Of a stretch of 64,000 nucleotides of DNA, positions 29,274 to 38,260 are shown piece after piece. A model generated the notes under the pieces. That model did no database searches. It had not been told where the DNA came from and was given only the letters and a program-made list of their open reading frames with translations. Numbering within the stretch: the first letter of the stretch is position 1; every line of letters starts with the position of its first letter. The position numbers were made by a program, and so were the translations under genes. Location: positions 1,600,001 through 1,664,000 of the forward strand of contig OZ245365.1 in NCBI GenBank assembly GCA_965226495.1, in the 5' to 3' direction. This DNA is from Candidatus Marinacidobacterales bacterium. Lineage in GTDB: Bacteria; Acidobacteriota; Vicinamibacteria; Marinacidobacterales; DATDRI01.

Positions 29274-30803
29274 ATGCAGAAGCACGCCGTTACCCCTGGT
29301 ACTCCCGATACCCCCGATACTGACGCTGGGCGCGCCCATACCGCTAGTAGGGCGAGCGAAGGCCGCCTTGCCCTGTTCTACTCCAACCCCGAAGTCTGGG
29401 ACTCGTTTCAGTCGCTTTCGAGCGGAGGCGTCGAGTTAGTCGCGTTCGAGATCTCTCGGTTCGCCCTAGGTACCGGAAAGGACCGCGGTCGCGTCGACAC
29501 GCCGCATAAGAGTTGGAAAAAGGGCCAGCGATTCGAAGCCATCATCGTCGAGCAATCCTCCCGCAGCTACGAAAAACTTGTGCGTTGGTTACGCAAGGCC
29601 GTTCCCGAAACTCCCATCCTTGCCTACGGGTCGCCGGTCGCTCCCAAGGAACACCCTGGCGTATCCCTTCACCTGACGGAACTACCGACGACCGACGCTC
29701 TGCCCTTGATTCTGATCGATGCGCAACGGATTCATCGTTTGAGTCGGAAATCGGCCTTGCTTACTCGGCGGCTGAAGGAAACAACCCGACGCCTGCAAGT
29801 GCTCGGTGACATAGTTGCAACCGCCAACTCGGTGCTGGAACCTCAGCGCGTCGTTGCCGTGATCATGTCCCACATCCAGCGGCTCATACCGTCCGAAGCT
29901 TGGTCGATCTTGCTCGTCGATGAGACGAAAAAAGAGCTCACCTTTGAAATGGCGTTGGGGGAGAAGGGACAGGACTTCAGCGAGATCCGCCTGAAGATTG
30001 GGGAGGGCATTGCGGGTTGGGTGGCCGAGACCGGCAAACCGGCGATCGTGAACAACGTCGCCAGCGACCCTCGCTTTCAGGGGAGGTGCGACGCGCAGAC
30101 CCAGTTCCAGACGCGCTCCATTCTCTGTGCCCCGTTGGTTTCGAGAGGCGCAACAATTGGGGTGGTGGAGATTCTAAATCGCTCCTCGGGAAGCCGATTC
30201 ACCAAACAGGATCTCGATTTGCTTCTCACGTTGGTCGAGCCGGCCGCCATCGCCTTGGAGAATGCGCTCCTCTTTCAACGGGCCGAAAAATTAGCCATCA
30301 CCGATGACCTAACGAAACTCTACAACTCCCACTACTTGAACACCTGTCTTGGGAGAGAGATCGAACGGTCCAGCCGCGAACGAATGTGCTTCGCGTTGAT
30401 TTTTCTGGACCTCGATGGGTTCAAGGGGGTCAACGATCAGCATGGACACCTCTGTGGGAGCCGGACCCTGTTCGAAGTGGGTTCAATCCTTAGGCAAGCG
30501 GTCAGAGGAGAGGACGTTGTGAGCCGCTACGGGGGAGACGAGTTTGTGGTAGTGCTCCCGAACACCGACAGCCAGGGGGCGCTCTCGATCGCCCGCCGCA
30601 TCCGAAAGGGTCTCAAGGATCATGCCTTCTTGGGAGAATTCGGCCTCGCGGTGCATTTATCTGCCAGCTTTGGGATTAGCAGCTTTCCGCAGCACGGCCG
30701 GACGCCGCAGGATCTCATTCAAAAGGCAGACCAGGCGATGTATAGTGTCAAAGAAAGGGGGAAAGACGCAGTTGCGCTAGCTGGAAGCCTAACCGAGCCG
30801 TGA
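29274..30803 (+). CDS. GAF-domain diguanylate cyclase
   Basis: GEGIAGWVA...TRSILCAPL (GAF); TDDLTKLYN, DLDGFKGVND, RxxD I-site, RYGGDEF. Start uncertain. Confidence 0.92.
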   Translation: MQKHAVTPGTPDTPDTDAGRAHTASRASEGRLALFYSNPEVWDSFQSLSSGGVELVAFEISRFALGTGKDRGRVDTPHKSWKKGQRFEAIIVEQSSRSYEKLVRWLRKAVPETPILAYGSPVAPKEHPGVSLHLTELPTTDALPLILIDAQRIHRLSRKSALLTRRLKETTRRLQVLGDIVATANSVLEPQRVVAVIMSHIQRLIPSEAWSILLVDETKKELTFEMALGEKGQDFSEIRLKIGEGIAGWVAETGKPAIVNNVASDPRFQGRCDAQTQFQTRSILCAPLVSRGATIGVVEILNRSSGSRFTKQDLDLLLTLVEPAAIALENALLFQRAEKLAITDDLTKLYNSHYLNTCLGREIERSSRERMCFALIFLDLDGFKGVNDQHGHLCGSRTLFEVGSILRQAVRGEDVVSRYGGDEFVVVLPNTDSQGALSIARRIRKGLKDHAFLGEFGLAVHLSASFGISSFPQHGRTPQDLIQKADQAMYSVKERGKDAVALAGSLTEP

Positions 30804-30935
30804 TATCCTTTAGCTCGCTGTTGAAACTCGTCGGTGCCACAACCGGTCTGACACAGTGAGGTTTTCGCCTCGAGACCCCAGCGACGGGGCCGGTGAGGCA
30901 CTTGGTAACCACTCAAATACTGCCGAAAGGCAAAA

Positions 30936-31961
30936 ATGAATCTGCGTTCTGTTTTTAGCGTTTTTTCTAACGATCTCGCCATCGACCTCGGGACGGCGAA
31001 CACTCTGGTCTTCATCGAGGGAAAGGGAATCGTAGTCTCCGAGCCCTCGATCGTTGCCATTAACCAGGTTACTGGGAGAGTCGAGGCGGTCGGGAGGGAA
31101 GCGAAGGAAATGCTCGGTCGCACGCCGGGCAATATCACCGCGATTCGGCCGATGAAGGACGGGGTGATCGCCGACTTCGAGATCACTGAGAAGATGCTGG
31201 CGTACTTCATTCAAAAGGCGCACAACCGAAAGGTATGGGTCGCGCCCCGGATCGTGATCGGGATCCCCTCCGAGATCACGCAGGTGGAGAAACGCGCGGT
31301 GAAGGACAGTGCCCTGCGTGCGAAGGCCAGCGAGGTCTTCCTGGTGGATCAGGCGATGGCGGCCGCCATCGGGGCTGGTCTTCCCGTCACCGAACCGTCG
31401 GGCAACATGGTCGTCGATATCGGCGGTGGGACCACGGATATTGCCGTTATTTCGATGGCCGGCATCGTCTACAGCAGCTCGGTGCGCGTGGCCGGCAATG
31501 AAATGGATGAGGCGGTCATCAAGCACCTCCGCAAGAAGTACAACCTTCTCATCGGAGAACGAAGCGCCGAGCAAGTCAAGATCGAGATCGGTTCCGCATA
31601 TCCATTGGACAAGCCGATGACCATGGAGATCAAAGGGCGGAACCTGATCGAGGGTGTTCCGAAAACGCTGGTAGTAACGGATGAGGAGATACGGGAGGCG
31701 TTGGAAGAGACGCTCGCGGTCATCGTGAACGCGGTGAGGGTCGCGCTCGAACGGACTCCCCCCGAGCTTTCGGCGGACATCGTCGATCGCGGCATCGTAC
31801 TGACCGGAGGCGGTGCTCTTCTGAAGAATCTGGACAGGAGGCTGCGCGAGGAGACCGGGCTTCCGGTTTCCATGAGCGAGGACCCGCTCTCGTCGGTCGT
31901 GCTGGGGACGGGCAAGATGCTCGCCGATTTGAAGTTCCTTAGGAAGATCTGTCTGGATTGA
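30936..31961 (+). CDS. mreB: Rod shape-determining protein MreB
   Basis: [42 protein letters not shown]. Confidence 0.97.
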   Translation: MNLRSVFSVFSNDLAIDLGTANTLVFIEGKGIVVSEPSIVAINQVTGRVEAVGREAKEMLGRTPGNITAIRPMKDGVIADFEITEKMLAYFIQKAHNRKVWVAPRIVIGIPSEITQVEKRAVKDSALRAKASEVFLVDQAMAAAIGAGLPVTEPSGNMVVDIGGGTTDIAVISMAGIVYSSSVRVAGNEMDEAVIKHLRKKYNLLIGERSAEQVKIEIGSAYPLDKPMTMEIKGRNLIEGVPKTLVVTDEEIREALEETLAVIVNAVRVALERTPPELSADIVDRGIVLTGGGALLKNLDRRLREETGLPVSMSEDPLSSVVLGTGKMLADLKFLRKICLD

Positions 31962-32038
31962 GAATCTGTTACGCGGCAGCATCGGCTGCGCCGGTGACGA
32001 AACGGGGTGGGGGATAAAGACCAGTGGTCTCTAACGGG

Positions 32039-32878
32039 ATGGCCATCCGCACGCGGGGGAGCCACGTCGTTTTCATCGCCCTCATCGTCGGTCACGGTCT
32101 GCTCCTGTCTTCTCAGGTCACTACCCCCAAAGGCCATTCCGCCCTCCAAGGCGGGATCCTCACGGTTTTCGCTCCGCTGCAACGTGGGTGCGGGGCGGTC
32201 GTGAACGGCCTTCGCTCGGCATGGTACGGATACGTCGACCTGAGAGCGGTTCGAGAGGAGAACCGCCAGCTTCGAGAGAAGGCGACGCGACTCGAACAAG
32301 CCTTGTGGATGGAGAAAGAGGCAGTGGCTCGTTACGATCGATTGAGCGGCGTTCTGCAACTGGCCGAACGTATCCCCTTCGAGTCGGTGGTTGCCGAAGT
32401 GACTGGCGTCGATGCGAGCTCTTGGTTCCGTAGCATCACTGTGAATCGAGGGGAAGATCGCGGTGTGGAGCTCAATGCGCCCGTCGTCGGTCCTGGTGGG
32501 TTGGTCGGACGGGTTATCGCCGTGGGGCCGTATGTTGCGCAGGTCCAGTTGCTATCAGATAGCGATTGCTCGGTGGGGTCTCTCCTGGTCCGCACGAGGA
32601 CCCGGGGAATCGTTTCCGGCCAAGGAGGTGCCGAGCTTCAGCTGAAGTACGTTAGCAATCTCGAAGACGTGGCGGTGGGGGACTTGGTCGTGACTTCGGG
32701 GATCGACGGGTTTTATCCAAAGGGGATCGCCATAGGGCGCGTGGCTTCCGTCCAAAATGGGCCCCGCTTGTTCAAAGAAATCGCAATCGAGCCTGCAGCA
32801 AGCCTCAATCGGCTAGAGGAGGTCTTCATCCTCGAGCCGGTCGGAGCAAACCTCGAATTGACCAAGAAGGTTGAGTGA
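32039..32878 (+). CDS. mreC: Rod shape-determining protein MreC
   Basis: EENRQLR coiled coil, GLVGRV, GDLVVTSGIDGFYPKGI; operon position. Confidence 0.94.
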   Translation: MAIRTRGSHVVFIALIVGHGLLLSSQVTTPKGHSALQGGILTVFAPLQRGCGAVVNGLRSAWYGYVDLRAVREENRQLREKATRLEQALWMEKEAVARYDRLSGVLQLAERIPFESVVAEVTGVDASSWFRSITVNRGEDRGVELNAPVVGPGGLVGRVIAVGPYVAQVQLLSDSDCSVGSLLVRTRTRGIVSGQGGAELQLKYVSNLEDVAVGDLVVTSGIDGFYPKGIAIGRVASVQNGPRLFKEIAIEPAASLNRLEEVFILEPVGANLELTKKVE

Positions 32879-33348
32879 AGGCGCTCGCGGTCGTTCTCGC
32901 CATCGTCGGCGCCTTCCTGGTTCAGACTCTAGGAGGACGATACTTCTCGCCCATTCAAAGCTACTTGGATCTGTTTCTCCTGACCGCCGCCGGATTCGGT
33001 TTGACCCAGGGGAGGCGGGTCGGGATGTTTTCCGGAACGGCCGCCGGTTTGGTCCAAGATGTGTTCTCGGGAGCACCTCCCGGCCTGAACGGCGTCTCCA
33101 AGACGACTATCGGCTACCTCGCCGGTATCGCGGGGCACCGATTGGTCGTGCGCGGCTGGGCGGGACGCTTCGTCTTTTTCGCCGTGGCCACGGCAGCCGA
33201 TCTAGCTATTGTGGGGGCCATCGGCCAGGTGCTGGAGCAGCCGACCGTCGTTGGAGGGCCGGCCGATCTGTTGTACCTTTGTGCCGCGAACGGCTTCACG
33301 GGCGCTCTAGTACTGAATTTGGTAGATCGGTTCACCGTGACTCGCTGA
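32875..33348 (+). CDS. mreD: Rod shape-determining protein MreD
   Basis: Hydrophobic 157 aa with GLVQDVFSG..PGLN; lies between mreC and mrdA. Confidence 0.85.
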   Translation: MKALAVVLAIVGAFLVQTLGGRYFSPIQSYLDLFLLTAAGFGLTQGRRVGMFSGTAAGLVQDVFSGAPPGLNGVSKTTIGYLAGIAGHRLVVRGWAGRFVFFAVATAADLAIVGAIGQVLEQPTVVGGPADLLYLCAANGFTGALVLNLVDRFTVTR

Positions 33349-33355
33349 AACTGTC

Positions 33356-35215
33356 GTGAATATCTACGAAGACCTGAGACCGCTGCAGTCGAGGTTGAAG
33401 TGGTGGCGCATCCTAGTGGTCACCCTCTTCGTGGGTCTTTGCGCTCGATTCTGGCAGCTTCAGATCGTTCGAGCCCCGCAGTATCAAGAGTTGGCACGCT
33501 CCAACCACGTGCGACAGATTCCGGAGAACGCTCCCCGGGGACTCATCCTCGACCGTTCCGGTCAGATCCTCGCCGAGAACCGCCCCTCATTTAATCTCAC
33601 GATGGAGAAGACGGATTGGGACGAGGCGGTAATGGGAGAGCTACTCGCGCTCTTGCCGTTCTCCGACTCGGAGCTCGAGGAGTTGGCGAAGCAACGCAAA
33701 CGGATGTCGGGTGCCGCACCCGCCTTGGTCAAAGAAGACATCCCGCTGGAAGAAGTGGCGCTGGTGGAGTCCCGCAAGCTCGAGCTCCCCGGGGCCATGA
33801 TTCAATTCGTTCCGCGGCGGTTCTATCCGCTGGGCAGCATCGGCGCCCACGCGCTCGGATACGTCGGCAGGATTACCGAGGACCAACTCGCGGAGGCTCG
33901 TTTCGATGGGGCGATCGCTAACGAATACGTGGGGCAATCGGGCATCGAATTTGGCTACAACCTAAAACTCATGGGACAAAACGGAGTCCAAGTCGTGGCG
34001 GTGAATAGCCACGGAAGGCGGGAAAGGATTCTCGAAGAGAGACCGCCGACTTGGGGCAACTCCGTTCAACTCTCTTTGGACCTAGAGCTCCAGCGCCTGA
34101 CCGAAAAGGAATTCGAAGACAAAGCGGGAGCGGTGGTGGTACTCGATCCGCGCAACGGTGAGGTGATGGCGCTCGCCAGCTCGCCTTCCTTTGACCCCAA
34201 CGTTTTTTCCGGGCGTTTCGACGCGGACGCGTGGCAGGCGTTGATGAACGACGAAGATCACCGTCTTCAAAACCGCGCTCTCCAGGGTCGCTATGCGCCG
34301 GGCTCGGTCTTCAAGTTGATCGTCGCGGCGTCGGCGCTGGAAGAGGAGAAAATCTCACCTGCAACGCGTCTTTACTGCGGCGGCGGGGTACGACTCTATC
34401 GTAATTGGTTTCCTTGTCATCGTGCTTCGGGGCACGGGTTCGTGAACCTCCATCAGGCTTTGGTGCAATCGTGCAATTCGTATTTCTACCAAGTTGGTGT
34501 GGAGCTGGAGATCGAGTCGATCGCCCGGTACGCTCGCGCTTTCGGCCTCGGGAGTCCAACCGGTATCGACTTGCCTTTCGAAGTCTCGGGCTTAGTGCCG
34601 GATCCGGAGTGGAAGCGGCGCGCGCGGAAGGAACCGTGGTACGCGGGGGAAACTGTCTCGGTCTCGGTGGGGCAGGGCGCGGTACTGGTGACCGTAATGC
34701 AGATGGCTCAGATAGCCGCCATCGTGGGGAGCTCGGGAGAAGTCTTCAGACCACACGTTTTTTTGCGACCCCTTCCGGCCGGGACGGTCGCCGAGCCGGC
34801 TCCCCCGACCCCGGTCGGAGAGCCTATCCGGCGAGTGGCGCTTAATGAATCGACTTGGCGTGCCCTACAGCAGGCGATGTGGGGCGTCGTCAACGAGAGT
34901 GGAACGGGATGGCGAGCCCGCGTGCAAGGCGTGGCCGTCTCCGGCAAGACGGGGACGGCGCAGGTTGCCTCGATGTCGAACCTGAGTGAGCGTGCGGACG
35001 AAGATCGTCCTGAGCACCTTAGAAATCACGCCTGGTTCGTCGGGTACGCTCCCCGCGAGAATCCGGAGCTCGCACTAGCGGTCTTGGTCGAACACGGGGG
35101 GCAAGGGGGGCGTGCCGCGGCTCCGATTGCCCAGAAGATCTTCCAAGCTTATTTCGAGGGACAAAAAAGGCGCGAAGCCGATGATGCTCGACAGGCGTTT
35201 TTGGTTCGGAATTGA
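33356..35215 (+). CDS. mrdA: Penicillin-binding protein 2
   Basis: APRGLILDR, PGSVFK (SxxK), SCN (SxN), KTGTAQ. Confidence 0.95.
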   Translation: MNIYEDLRPLQSRLKWWRILVVTLFVGLCARFWQLQIVRAPQYQELARSNHVRQIPENAPRGLILDRSGQILAENRPSFNLTMEKTDWDEAVMGELLALLPFSDSELEELAKQRKRMSGAAPALVKEDIPLEEVALVESRKLELPGAMIQFVPRRFYPLGSIGAHALGYVGRITEDQLAEARFDGAIANEYVGQSGIEFGYNLKLMGQNGVQVVAVNSHGRRERILEERPPTWGNSVQLSLDLELQRLTEKEFEDKAGAVVVLDPRNGEVMALASSPSFDPNVFSGRFDADAWQALMNDEDHRLQNRALQGRYAPGSVFKLIVAASALEEEKISPATRLYCGGGVRLYRNWFPCHRASGHGFVNLHQALVQSCNSYFYQVGVELEIESIARYARAFGLGSPTGIDLPFEVSGLVPDPEWKRRARKEPWYAGETVSVSVGQGAVLVTVMQMAQIAAIVGSSGEVFRPHVFLRPLPAGTVAEPAPPTPVGEPIRRVALNESTWRALQQAMWGVVNESGTGWRARVQGVAVSGKTGTAQVASMSNLSERADEDRPEHLRNHAWFVGYAPRENPELALAVLVEHGGQGGRAAAPIAQKIFQAYFEGQKRREADDARQAFLVRN

Positions 35216-36275
35216 TTGGCTGCTGGTTCTGGGGCTCCTTCTAGCCGCCGGACTGGGTGTGGCGATCATCTACAGCGCCACGCAGGGAGGGCCAACTCCG
35301 GACTACTACAAGAGGCAGATTCTTTGGATCGTGCTGGGGTTGGTTTTGATGTTGCTCGTCCTGGCCATCGATTACCATTCCCTTCTGGACCACGCGGAGC
35401 TTTTCTACGTCGCGGTGACCGGACTTCTGGTGTATTTGCTTTTCTTCGGGTCATTGCGTGCGGGAACGAATCGCTGGCTCGAGCTCGGCGCCTTTACAAT
35501 GCATTCCGGTGAGCTTGCGAAGCTCGCCGCGGTGGTTTTGCTGGCGAAGTACTTCGCGGCGGTGCGCAAGAACCGATTGGGTACGGCCGAGGTGGCGGTG
35601 ACCGGCGCGCTGGTCGGCGTTCCGACGCTTCTGGTTATTTTGCAACCGGACCTCGGTACGGCCGCAACGCTCGTCTTTGCGTACGCCGTCCTTTGTCTTC
35701 TCGCCGGACTGCGAGGCCGACTGGTGTTGGTCGCCTCAGTCATCTTCGCCCTGGCTCTTCCTCTCGGTTGGAGTTTCGTTCTCAAGGATTACCAGAAAGA
35801 GCGCGTGCTGGCGTTCCTGGATCCGAATCTCGATCCACGAGGAGCCGGCTATCAAAGCATCCAATCGACGATCTCGGTGGGTTCGGGCGGACTGACGGGC
35901 AAGGGGTGGCTGAAAGGCTCGCAGAGTCAGCTACAATTCTTGCCCGCTCCCCACACAGATTTCGTGTTCGCGGTCATCGGGGAGGAGTTCGGGTTCGTTG
36001 GAGTCGTTGCGGTGGTTCTTCTGTACTTAATGATCACGATACGGTGCCTCGACGCGGGACGCCGAGCACGGGACAGGTTGGGCATCTATCTGGTCGCCGG
36101 CATATTGGCCATGTTCGTTTTTCAGGCGATCTACAACATGGCGATGGTGGGAGGATTGGTACCCATAAAGGGATTTCCGTTGCCGTTGGTGAGCTATGGC
36201 GGGTCGTCGATGATGACCACGCTCGTCGGCTTCGGTTTGATTCTGAACGTGAGGATGCGTCGCTTCGTCAACTGA
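35181..36275 (+). CDS. rodA: Rod shape-determining protein RodA
   Basis: QPDLGT, GYQSIQS, FLPAPHTDF, GEEFG, LPLVSYGGSS. Confidence 0.95.
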   Translation: MMLDRRFWFGIDWLLVLGLLLAAGLGVAIIYSATQGGPTPDYYKRQILWIVLGLVLMLLVLAIDYHSLLDHAELFYVAVTGLLVYLLFFGSLRAGTNRWLELGAFTMHSGELAKLAAVVLLAKYFAAVRKNRLGTAEVAVTGALVGVPTLLVILQPDLGTAATLVFAYAVLCLLAGLRGRLVLVASVIFALALPLGWSFVLKDYQKERVLAFLDPNLDPRGAGYQSIQSTISVGSGGLTGKGWLKGSQSQLQFLPAPHTDFVFAVIGEEFGFVGVVAVVLLYLMITIRCLDAGRRARDRLGIYLVAGILAMFVFQAIYNMAMVGGLVPIKGFPLPLVSYGGSSMMTTLVGFGLILNVRMRRFVN

Positions 36276-36467
36276 CCGACAGACTTGCCAACGTCAACTT
36301 ATTCCCGCGCCTGTCGGTGGAAACCCATGCTCCTGGGGGTAAGGCCCCGCTCCTGGGGGGAACTTCCAACATCCAATACCCCACACTTGATTTGCTATAA
36401 GCTGCTGCAAACAAATATCTTATTAAAATAAACCTCGCGCGGATTGGTGAGGTCGAAATCCCTCGTT

Positions 36468-36484
36468 TTGGAACGGCAATTGCT
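36468..36484 (+). promoter_or_regulatory. sigma54 (-24/-12) promoter upstream of the pilin-like gene
   Basis: TTGGAACGGCAATTGCT, GG-N10-GC spacing, preceded by an AT-rich tract (about 36390-36432). Confidence 0.65.
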
Positions 36485-36542
36485 TCCTACGATAGGTGGC
36501 TGTCCCCCAGCAGTGCCAGAGTTTCAAACAGGAGCGTGCGCC

Positions 36543-37565
36543 ATGCGCAGGACAGCTCGTAGCAGGAAAACCTCAGCCCAGGGTTTTTCACTCATCGAGG
36601 TCCTAGTAGCCCTCACCATCACTTTGATCGTGATGAGCAGTGTCTTCAGTCTGCTGACGAAGGGGCAACGGAGCTTCGAACGTGAGCCCGAGATCGCCGA
36701 GCTGCAACAAAACGCACGAGCCGGCCTCGACGCGGTCGCCAGAGACTTGACCACGGCGGGCTACCGGACGCCTCCCAACATTGCGATCCAGTGGGCGGAC
36801 GGAGGCGGCACGACTCCGGATGAGATCACCATTATTTACGGCGATCCGCTACTTCCTACGGTTGAGTCGCTCCCATGCTCAGAACAAGGCGGTGGGCCCT
36901 GTAATACAATCGGTAACTCCTCGGTTCTTTTCGTCGATCACGATTCCTTCGAGCCAGCACAAGGCGATCCCGAGTTGGCCTATTCCGATGGGACGCCCCT
37001 CGTTATCCTGGAGACCAGCGATTGCAACGGCGACATGGAGATGGGTGTCGTTCCGTTCGAGTTGACTCAGGATCCTCAGATGGTTGGCGGCAAGCTCAAG
37101 CTTAAGCACAATCCAGGTCAGAGTAGCATGAACTTGCCACAAGGCTTCAACGACGCAGTAGAACCAAATTGCGCCATTGTAGGCTTCTTCAATATCATCC
37201 AGTATCGGGTCAACCCGCTGCCGCCAGCGGACAACCCCACCTTGGAACGCCGTGATCTAGGCGCGGGAGAGGACTGGACCCCCCTCGCCGCGAACATCGA
37301 AGACTTTCAGCTTCAATACGGCGTTGGGAGCGCGGCCAACTGGGTGGATTCGCCGGGCCCGACCGACCCCGACGACCCGGAGACCTGGATAACGAGGGTG
37401 AACCTGTCGATAAGGGCGAGGAGCGAGAGCACCGACCTCGAAGGAGGGACGACGGTGAACGCCGCGTCACCCGAGGATACTCACATTCGTAGGACCTACG
37501 CCACGACGATGAGCCTGCGCAATCTGCTCAACGCCACATCGCAGTACTACATTCTGAATCCCTGA
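36543..37565 (+). CDS. Type IV pilus minor pilin, PilW-like (prepilin peptidase site)
   Basis: QG/FSLIEVLVAL class III signal, LQQNARAGLD..ARDL..AGY, NIEDFQLQYG; AGGAG RBS. Confidence 0.85.
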   Translation: MRRTARSRKTSAQGFSLIEVLVALTITLIVMSSVFSLLTKGQRSFEREPEIAELQQNARAGLDAVARDLTTAGYRTPPNIAIQWADGGGTTPDEITIIYGDPLLPTVESLPCSEQGGGPCNTIGNSSVLFVDHDSFEPAQGDPELAYSDGTPLVILETSDCNGDMEMGVVPFELTQDPQMVGGKLKLKHNPGQSSMNLPQGFNDAVEPNCAIVGFFNIIQYRVNPLPPADNPTLERRDLGAGEDWTPLAANIEDFQLQYGVGSAANWVDSPGPTDPDDPETWITRVNLSIRARSESTDLEGGTTVNAASPEDTHIRRTYATTMSLRNLLNATSQYYILNP

Positions 37566-37664
37566 GGCGACACCCCTTAGGTCGGTCCTCAGCAGCAGCC
37601 TCCAGACGCCCCACCCAGTCGCCCTACTTGTGGGGGTGGAGCTACTCGTGGTAAATTCAATGAC

Positions 37665-37965
37665 TTGGAGCGGAACATGGATTCCGCGCCATTAAGATCT
37701 TGCGAGCCAAGGAGGCGAGCCAGGTGTTGGAGGGCGGAAAGCCCCGATACAGCGCCGGCCGTGACAGCACAGTCAGGTGCGACCGCCTCGAGAGCAAGCA
37801 GACGGATCAGCAAACAAGATTGCATGAAGTCGTTCGAGATGGTCTTCGTTTTCTTGACCACCAGCGGTGGCGATACCTGCCGCGCCGATCGTCGGTGCGG
37901 TGTGATGAGATTATTGCCGCGGGTGCTCACCGGAAGATCGCCTCGAACCTGAAGCGGATCAGGTA
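37665..37965 (+). pseudogene. Possible decayed transposase C-terminal remnant (IS1182-like)
   Basis: Split across frames: KSFEMVFVFL and RCDEIIAA...IASNLKRI resemble the E-x-x-F...A-x-N-L-x-R tail of IS1182/IS5-type transposases. Weak, recognised by eye only. Confidence 0.3.
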
Positions 37966-38260
37966 CCGGTTCCGTCTCTGCTTCAGAACATTGGGAGAAT
38001 CGAAGTCAAAGTGATGTTGGCCAACCAAAGACCGGGGGCGCCATCGCCCCGCGGTGAGGTTGTGGCGCCGCCGTCACCTCCTGTGGTTGGGAGTTCTATC
38101 CCGACCCCGGTCACTTCCCCGGCTGCTCTTGGCCGGTGCTTAACTCTTCTTCCGGCCTCCGGCCGCATTGCGAGATGCTACGCCGCCGCGGCCCGACTAC
38201 GAGAAGGGCTCTCCCCAAACAACCGGCTTTTCTCCCCATTTGCGGGTACTGGTGTCACAA

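Noticed and set aside
30810-31982. Long antisense ORFs (390 aa opposite mreB; also 13515-14711, 11137-12129, 10278-11111, 60295-61146)
   Set aside because: Shadow frames of well-supported genes in GC-rich DNA, with no motifs.
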